DNA of 64,000 nucleotides from a bacterium (GTDB lineage Bacteria; Pseudomonadota; Alphaproteobacteria; Micavibrionales; UBA2020): NCBI GenBank assembly GCA_029945425.1, contig JAQSDV010000007.1, positions 278,325 to 342,324 of the forward strand, read 5' to 3'. Shown piece by piece: positions 57,538 to 64,000 of this stretch (position 1 is its first letter; each line of letters starts with the position of its first letter). The notes under the pieces were generated by a model. It saw only the letters and a program-made list of their open reading frames with translations, ran no database searches and was not told where the DNA came from. The position numbers and the translations under genes were made by a program.

Positions 57538-58592
57538 AGTTTCAAAAGATTGCCTTCCTGCCCGCTCCTGCCAGAAAAACTGTTAACCCCGGGATATCTC
57601 CAGACATTCGTCCGGTGTCGGCCATGCTGGCCCAGCTCGAAATTATTGATATGCGTCGCGGAGCCGCTCTTGAAGGCAAAAACAAGTTCATGACGGCTGC
57701 GATAAAAAGTACCCATGCCGCCGTTATCCTTCACCCAGACGCAAAGGTTCTTCAGCTCAGCATAAGCAGAGTGCCCGGCCGCAAGCAGTTCAGTCAAATG
57801 CCGCCAGTCCATAAAAATGAAGTGGATGGAGCCGTCTTCGCTATAGTGGGCCATATGTCCGAATGCGGTGCTGAGAAACGCAGTGAACTGGTCGGCAGTC
57901 ATTTCTCCTGACGCCATGGAAAACTCCTTATGGCGGATTTTTCCGAGACCGCAAACATGGCCGTCTACCCGGACGTTATAGGGCGGATCGGTAATAACCA
58001 TCTGGGCTTTGTGGCCCTCCAGCAGCGATTCATATGTCCCGGAATCAAGTGAATTGCCGCAAATAATCCTGTGATCGCCCAGCACCCAGATATCGCCCGG
58101 GCGAGTTATGATACTCCCGCCCCCGAGGATATCCCGCGGAGTGCTATCCTCCTCTGCTTCTTCGGGAAGGACCTCGAAGTGGCTTTCGATCAGTGTATCG
58201 ATTTCGGAGCTGTGGAAGCCCGTGATTTCGAGGCTGAAGCCAAGGTCCAGGGCGCTGAGCTCTTTCAGCTCCAGAGACAACATCTGCTCGTCCCACCCGG
58301 CATTTTCTGTCAATTTGTTATCCGCCAGTATATAGGCGCGCTTTTGGGGCTCCGTGAGGTGATCCGCACTGATACAAGGAATCTCCTTTATGCCGAGATG
58401 TTGAGCAGCCAGCACACGCCCATGACCCGCGATAATGCTGCCGACGCCATCTATCAGCACGGGCACCAGAAATCCGAATTCCTGGATTGATGAGGCGATC
58501 TGGCGGATTTGCTTGGCGCTGTGAATGCGGGCGTTACGGCTATAGGGAGCAAGCGAGGTGATAGCAGTAGATTGTATTTGAAGATTTTTCAT
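57538..58592 (-). pseudogene. ParB-like nuclease domain fused to a DNA methyltransferase, truncated at the 3' end
   Basis: It has a ParB N-terminal domain (LVPVLIDGVGSIIAGHGR) and the methyltransferase motif IV (ITDPPYN). Homology stops at GNLLKL, where HPTVKP and the FGGSGT AdoMet motif would be expected. The rest of the track ORF is read-through into the IS fragment. Confidence 0.7.
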
Positions 58593-58695
58593 GCAGGATT
58601 TCCCTTGGATAGAATTGCTATCTCAAGGTAGCGCCTGAAACATCTGGATGGCGTATGGAGAATTAAATCAAGTTTTCGGTTTTATTTATCCAGGG

Positions 58696-59427
58696 CTAGC
58701 GGGGGCTGTCACATACCTGGCGTACATGGCCCGCAAGTGATTGGTCTTTAACGCCATACTTCGCTGGAATTAAAGCCGTAAACGCGCGAACGAACTCAAG
58801 AAACTGGCCTGTTTCGCCTTTGCCCCGCACGCCGGCAATCTTTTCTCCGTCATATGACCGGCTCGGTTTTTTACCTATCATGTCAGAATACAGATCGGCC
58901 AATGCATAGATAGCGCCCTTCAGGGGAGCGGGGTCTTGACCTTTTTTGATCACAATATCCATTGCAGAAGCCTCCAGAACCGGCTCAAAGCTGCCGAGTG
59001 TTTTTACCAGACAGCTTGAAAAGGTTGTGCCCGCCGAATGAGGGAATCTGGATGACTTTTGAATCATCCGATCTGTCAAAAATTCTTTAGTGATATCACT
59101 CATTCCTTCGCAGGCCTCCACAAAACACTCGAAAGCCTCACGCATCTGTTTTACATCGCGTTTAACGATTGTGGAGAGCTTTGGCGACGCCTTTTTCTTC
59201 TTGCCAGCGACGACCTGCACCGTCTGACACAACTCCAACTGAAAAAGAAGGTGACTATATATACTGTTCAGGCGATCACGAAAAACAGGACCACTATTTT
59301 TAACAGGTTTTGCAGAAAATTTTTTAATGAAAGAGTCAAGCTGACTACCCGTCAGGCAGGGCCGTTCTTTCGCCCAATAAACCGGCGTCTGCACATCCAA
59401 GATATTTGTCTCTGAATTTTTTTTCAT
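58696..59427 (-). CDS. Hypothetical protein (243 aa), AT-rich
   Basis: A clean ORF with balanced composition. No family was recognised. Confidence 0.5.
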   Translation of the reverse strand: MKKNSETNILDVQTPVYWAKERPCLTGSQLDSFIKKFSAKPVKNSGPVFRDRLNSIYSHLLFQLELCQTVQVVAGKKKKASPKLSTIVKRDVKQMREAFECFVEACEGMSDITKEFLTDRMIQKSSRFPHSAGTTFSSCLVKTLGSFEPVLEASAMDIVIKKGQDPAPLKGAIYALADLYSDMIGKKPSRSYDGEKIAGVRGKGETGQFLEFVRAFTALIPAKYGVKDQSLAGHVRQVCDSPR

Positions 59428-59504
59428 TAAAATACCTCCTCATAATGTACGGGCAATTATAAATGACTGAATTTCATGAATGTAGCATATTATATGTGTC
59501 AAAA

Positions 59505-60632
59505 TTATCTGACAACGTACTGTCGGCACCATTCAAGCACTTCTCTGTGCCCGCCCTTAAAAAGAACGCGACCCTCTTTCTGGGAGAACTGGTACTCATA
59601 CATCGGGTCATAATATTTGACTAAAAGCTCCTCTATCCACAGCCGGTGCAGAGAATCGTCCCCGGTCAGCTCTTGCCCGGACAGAGCTGTGTTCATTAGG
59701 GATGATATTTTCTCATATTGAACGCCCCCGAGGCGCTTGCGGATGCGATGGAGACTATTCCTTAAAAAGGCTGCCAACTCCTTGAAACCACTTTGTCCAT
59801 AGGCGCCATTGTATTCAGTCAACATATTTGTCACATAATCTTTCTGCACGTTAGATATGCGTTTTTCCAGCGTCTCCTCAAGCATGACGACCGGCCAACT
59901 GCGCAGTCCCGCAAGCAAGCTTAATGGTAGCGCGCATTTGCCAACGATATGTCCCTCATCTTCAAAAAAAATAGGGCTTTCCGAATTATTGCTGACCTTC
60001 ATTAACCGGATGGCCAAGGCGTTCTCGAAATCGATTTGGCACGGTTGAGGCGTGAGCCGCTGTCCAAAACTGGAACCTCGATGGCGGGCCAAGCCTTCCA
60101 AATCAATTGAGTTCTGGAGATCTTGAATAACCTGCGTCTTGCCTATGCCGGTACGCCCGCTGATGACGATAAAATTCTTTGTAGCAACTAAATGGTCCAA
60201 CTTCTCAATCAGGAAGCGCCGCATCGCCTTGTAGCCGCCCTTAACCAGCGGATAATTTATCCCCTCCTCCTTCATCCATTCTTGGACAATATGAGAGCGC
60301 ATGCCTCCCCGAAAGCAAAAGAGATAGCCATTTGGATGTTCTTTCGCAAACGCGCTCCAGCTTTTGAGGCGTTGCAACTTGATATCTCCGCTAACCAGCT
60401 TATGCCCCAGTTTGATGGCCGCATCCTGACCCTCATTTTTGTAGGTTATGCCAATACGGTGGCGCTCATCGTTACTCAGCAGCGGCAGATTGAATGCAGC
60501 AGGAAAGGACCCATTCTCAAACTCTACTGGCGCGCGGACATCCATGAGAGGAAAGTCATTCAAGAACAGATGATGGAAATCACCTGTATCATTTCTGGGG
60601 CGGTCAGTTACTGGGGCAGCAGATAGAATCAC
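59505..60632 (-). CDS. selU: tRNA 2-selenouridine synthase
   Basis: It has a rhodanese domain (LMDVRAPVEFENG) with the active-site loop CFRGGMRS and a P-loop (ISGRTGIGKT), 375 aa in all. Confidence 0.8.
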   Translation of the reverse strand: MILSAAPVTDRPRNDTGDFHHLFLNDFPLMDVRAPVEFENGSFPAAFNLPLLSNDERHRIGITYKNEGQDAAIKLGHKLVSGDIKLQRLKSWSAFAKEHPNGYLFCFRGGMRSHIVQEWMKEEGINYPLVKGGYKAMRRFLIEKLDHLVATKNFIVISGRTGIGKTQVIQDLQNSIDLEGLARHRGSSFGQRLTPQPCQIDFENALAIRLMKVSNNSESPIFFEDEGHIVGKCALPLSLLAGLRSWPVVMLEETLEKRISNVQKDYVTNMLTEYNGAYGQSGFKELAAFLRNSLHRIRKRLGGVQYEKISSLMNTALSGQELTGDDSLHRLWIEELLVKYYDPMYEYQFSQKEGRVLFKGGHREVLEWCRQYVVR

Positions 60633-60646
60633 TTTAAACGCACCTG

Positions 60647-61657
60647 CTAAAGTACCAGAAGCGGCTTTACGCCACGCTCACGGACACATCCAACCCGGAA
60701 TGCATGCGGTAGTTTTTCAAGTAGGCGAGCGGCGTCCGTCTCGGGAAGAGAAATAAGCAAGCCGCCTGAGGTTTGTGGGTCATACAGGAGATCATCGAAC
60801 TGACAAGTTCCCTCGACACAAGATGATACAAAATCGCGATTATTACGAAGGCCGCCTGATAGCGCTCCCGCTCGAACATAGTCCACAGCGCCTTCCAAGA
60901 ACTGCACATCGGCGGAATTAATTTCGAGCGTTAAACCGCTTGCGATTGCCATCTCGCGTGCATGTCCGAGCAGCCCAAATCCCGTAACGTCCGTAAGTCC
61001 ATGGACATCAAATTCTGCCATAGCTTCCGCAGCGGCGCGGTTTAGCGTCAACATAGATGAGATTGCAGCATCAATATGCTCTAGCTTGGCAATACCCTGT
61101 TTCAAGGCTGTTGTTATGATACCAGTGCCGATTTTTTTTGTGAGCACCAGAACGTCGTCGACCCTAGCCCCCGCATTCGGTTTGAATTTGTCCGGGTGCA
61201 CCAGACCTGTCACCGCATAGCCGAATTTGACCTCGGGGTCATTTACACTGTGCCCACCCAAGATAACGCAGTCGGCTTCCTTCAGTTTTTCGGCACCACC
61301 TCGAAGAATTTTCTCAAGGATGCTGGCATCTTCATCAGCTGGCCAAGCCAAAATAGAAAGTGCGGATATGGGCTTTCCTCCCATGGCATATACATCGCTG
61401 AGGGCGTTTGCGGCGGCAATCGCTCCGAACGTATACGGGTCGTCCACTACTGGCGTAAAGAAGTCCACGGTCTGCACCAGCGCGATATCCTTGCTAATCC
61501 GGTAGATGCCCGCATCGTCAGAAGTTTCAAAGCCGACTAGAACATTCTCGTTGGAAAAACGCGGCATGCCCGAGAGGACACGATCCAAGATTTTAGGGCT
61601 AAGCTTGGAGGCGCATCCCCCAGCCCTTACTTTCGCGGTGAGTTTATGAGCGGTCAT
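60647..61657 (-). CDS. selD: Selenide, water dikinase (selenophosphate synthetase), Cys-type
   Basis: It has an N-terminal GGCASKLSP and an AIR-synthase-like fold (DDAGIY, VDFFTPVVDDPYTFG, SDVYAMGG). It ends 14 nt before selU. Confidence 0.85.
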   Translation of the reverse strand: MTAHKLTAKVRAGGCASKLSPKILDRVLSGMPRFSNENVLVGFETSDDAGIYRISKDIALVQTVDFFTPVVDDPYTFGAIAAANALSDVYAMGGKPISALSILAWPADEDASILEKILRGGAEKLKEADCVILGGHSVNDPEVKFGYAVTGLVHPDKFKPNAGARVDDVLVLTKKIGTGIITTALKQGIAKLEHIDAAISSMLTLNRAAAEAMAEFDVHGLTDVTGFGLLGHAREMAIASGLTLEINSADVQFLEGAVDYVRAGALSGGLRNNRDFVSSCVEGTCQFDDLLYDPQTSGGLLISLPETDAARLLEKLPHAFRVGCVRERGVKPLLVL

Positions 61658-62058
61658 ATGACAGTTCTCGTATTCTTACATTTGCATGGTGACTTTATGT
61701 CAATAAAAATTACGTCGGGACACGCCGCTTCAGCGGAAATATAGACGTTTTCTTTTACGCGTTTTTGCACCTTTGCTCGTTCCGTACTTCGACCAGAAAA
61801 GACCTGCGCTGCGCATCCACATCAGGTGTCCATTATTCATAGCAGAATCACTGCTCACCTTGGACTCCTAAATGAGGGGGGACACAGAACATCTATGGCG
61901 ATAACCAAGTCTTTACGAAGTGATTACCAATTCAGTACCCGGTTGAGAGATAGCGTGCATTCCGCGTCCAAGCCAATTGTTTCAGAAGACCCTTCATCAG
62001 GCATTATTACGGGGACACTACGTGCCAAAAATAATTCATGTGACCTACAGACGCGTTT

Positions 62059-63645
62059 TCAGGCCCCGGCCATCGCCGGGCTTGCGGAAATGATAATGCG
62101 ATTTTCGGTGGCGACCGGCGCTTTTGGTGCGGGGGAAAGGGTTTTTGTTACTTCGGAAAGACGGTTGGCGAGTGCAATGATCTTTTCCGGCGGTTCGGCA
62201 AAAGTGACGCGGGTGATGGGGTTCGTCACGGGATCGAGCCCCATCCAGTCGGCATAGGCAAAGCCGATGCCGGCAATACCGAACGTTTTTTTGATATCCT
62301 CGCTGTCTTTGAAAACGAGGGTCTGTTTTTCAAGGGGCTGCCCCATCGCCGTTTGCGGCGTATACTCGTAAGTGCGGCCTATAAGATTGCTATAATCGAG
62401 CAGGTGGAAGAACCCTGCCTGCGGGTCCGTAATAACCTTGATACCCTCGATGCCGTTTTCCAGCCGTGTACGCGCCTCGCTTCTTGAAATTTTATCGACG
62501 CGGGCCAACAGGCGGATCATGCGCTCCTTGTCCTTCTTTGCCAACTCCGGCGTGGTGCCGAAGCCGTCGATCAGCGATTTCATAAACTGACCGTTGAAGC
62601 GGTGCTCCGCGTTCATGCGGTCGAGATGCTTTTTGCGCTGAGCGGCGAAAGGCTCGGTGTCGTTATAGAAGGCGTGCACTGCGTGAAAAGCAACGTCCGT
62701 CGAGCTGTAGGATGTCGACAGCTGCATGTTGCGCAGTTCTGTCGCGAATTTCGAGACGATCAGACCCGCGCGGAGGTTGACCAGCCCCGCCTTCGACGGG
62801 CCGGTGATCGTGAAAGTATCGTCGGCGGGCGTTCCCCAAGCGGTGTCTTCAAGCTGGCCGAAGCCTACCCCTTTGGGCACGTCAGCATATTCAAGGCCGT
62901 CATATACCAGGTCGTCGATAACACGGATTCGGGAGGCGGACCCCCACCACGCGGTTACGCTCAATAATTCCCGATCCGTCGCGCCGCGCTTTATCATTTC
63001 ATCCAGCCGCCTGTTGTCCGCTTTATCGTCATGCTTCTTTTGTCGGTAAGTGTGCTCGAAAAGGACCTGCATGATGGCAGACGTTTCATCGTGGCCGCGG
63101 ATGCGCCCGAGCGGATTGTTGGGATTGCTATCGTAATAGGCAACGACGCGCTTACCTTGTGATCCCAGTTCGGTCAATAGTGCATCAAGCTTTTTTGCAT
63201 CCACGCCACCCCGCTTTGCCGGTTCTGGCGACTGCATGTCGCGTTCTATAAAGGCGAGCTCGAAGCCCCATTCCCTCGCGCTGTTGAAGAAGAAGCCATA
63301 GGTGGGTACGGGCATAACAATCACCGGCTTGAACGTTTCACCGGTTTGGGCAGCGCGCTCCTTCAGATCCTTGGCTAGAAGACGGATGATCAGCTCATAA
63401 GCCTCGGTCGTGCCACCACCCGTCACAAGAAGATTGTTGGCCGCAAAAAAACTGTCATTGAGAAAACCACGGCTCTTGAAATATTCGCTTACCTCTTTCA
63501 GGAGGGGATAGCGCGTATCGCCCGCAGCGTTCGGTAAATAGTAATGGTTCAGGTTTTTCGACGCCTTGCGAAAGGCATAACGCGCCACTCCTGTCAGCGC
63601 GCGCGCAGGATCACCCTTGGAAAAATCGAGTATTGGTCGAGCCAT
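62059..63645 (-). CDS. PLP-dependent aminotransferase class I/II-like protein, unusually long (528 aa)
   Basis: YDSNPNNPLG and a candidate PLP lysine in TGPSKAGL are present. Large insertions sit between the conserved blocks. Confidence 0.6.
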   Translation of the reverse strand: MARPILDFSKGDPARALTGVARYAFRKASKNLNHYYLPNAAGDTRYPLLKEVSEYFKSRGFLNDSFFAANNLLVTGGGTTEAYELIIRLLAKDLKERAAQTGETFKPVIVMPVPTYGFFFNSAREWGFELAFIERDMQSPEPAKRGGVDAKKLDALLTELGSQGKRVVAYYDSNPNNPLGRIRGHDETSAIMQVLFEHTYRQKKHDDKADNRRLDEMIKRGATDRELLSVTAWWGSASRIRVIDDLVYDGLEYADVPKGVGFGQLEDTAWGTPADDTFTITGPSKAGLVNLRAGLIVSKFATELRNMQLSTSYSSTDVAFHAVHAFYNDTEPFAAQRKKHLDRMNAEHRFNGQFMKSLIDGFGTTPELAKKDKERMIRLLARVDKISRSEARTRLENGIEGIKVITDPQAGFFHLLDYSNLIGRTYEYTPQTAMGQPLEKQTLVFKDSEDIKKTFGIAGIGFAYADWMGLDPVTNPITRVTFAEPPEKIIALANRLSEVTKTLSPAPKAPVATENRIIISASPAMAGA

Positions 63646-64000
63646 GAATCCTCATCAAGTTACGGGGTAATCATAGCATGAGGTTTACATAATATCAACA
63701 ATGGCTAAGTATCTGTAATTAAATGAACAGTCGGCGAGGTCGGTCACCTCACCAAATTAACGAATTAATTAGGCAACCCACAAATATTACCTGTTTGTAT
63801 TACTTCTTTCCCTGTTCAATCCCGAGAAACCCGTGATAAGCATCCCAAAATTCCCTGTTATTTTTAGGCGGGCTCTTGCCTATAGGCTGGAGTATACCGG
63901 TAATACAATCACTTCTCGCTTAATTGGATCATTTTGTTGATCCCAAAAGCCGCTGAAAATCCCTGTATTTTCCCTGATATACAGGGAAAATGCTGAGAAG

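Larger units (their letters stand above)
43249..64000. mobile_element. Putative genomic island flanking tRNA-Gln. The right end was not found in the window.
   Basis: Several signals change here. Gene content switches to accessory, a recombinase module is present, there are IS and methyltransferase remnants, and several blocks have visibly lower GC (for example 38 percent in the 60 nt at 55201). I saw no direct repeat of the tRNA 3' end in the window. Confidence 0.45.

Noticed and set aside
61826-62257. A 143-aa plus-strand ORF in the selD-aminotransferase spacer.
   Set aside because: It has no ribosome-binding site or family resemblance, and it overlaps the 3' end of the aminotransferase-like gene antisense.

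Overview
The window looks like a high-GC chromosomal segment from an alphaproteobacterium, judged from gene content and order, and it splits into two parts. Positions 1 to about 43.2 kb are mostly core genome. This part carries yidC-yidD-rnpA-rpmH, tRNA-Arg(CCG), a LysR regulator, a 6-phosphofructokinase, hdaA, a 7TM hybrid histidine kinase, ndk, alaS and a HisN-like phosphatase. It also carries an Slt-type lytic transglycosylase, a family-4 UDG, ETF-ubiquinone oxidoreductase, a TPR protein followed by ispE, a DAG-kinase-like protein and a metallophosphoesterase, and Sel1/TPR proteins. Small clusters of lineage-specific paralogues sit among these genes. One is three translationally coupled ankyrin-like genes. 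Another is two secreted proteins built from four copies of a six-cysteine module, and a third is two paralogous lipoproteins. After tRNA-Gln(UUG) at 43174-43248 the gene content becomes accessory and the GC content becomes patchy and often visibly lower. This part starts with a DUF3489-DUF2924-large serine recombinase module and an orphan JAB/MPN gene. It then has an RTX-type repeat protein of about 1975 aa with a type I secretion C-terminus. Its HExxH/EF-hand N-terminal module lies in a different reading frame, so the gene is split. Further on come an IS3 transposase fragment fused end-to-end with a truncated ParB-DNA methyltransferase gene, a selD-selU (2-selenouridine) pair and an unusually long class I/II aminotransferase-like gene. 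No CRISPR array, rRNA or complete IS element was seen. I found no compelling complete new multi-gene system. The best leads are the split RTX locus, the six-cysteine module pair, the ankyrin-like trio and the island-borne selenium genes. All family names come from recognising motifs by eye. No database search was run.
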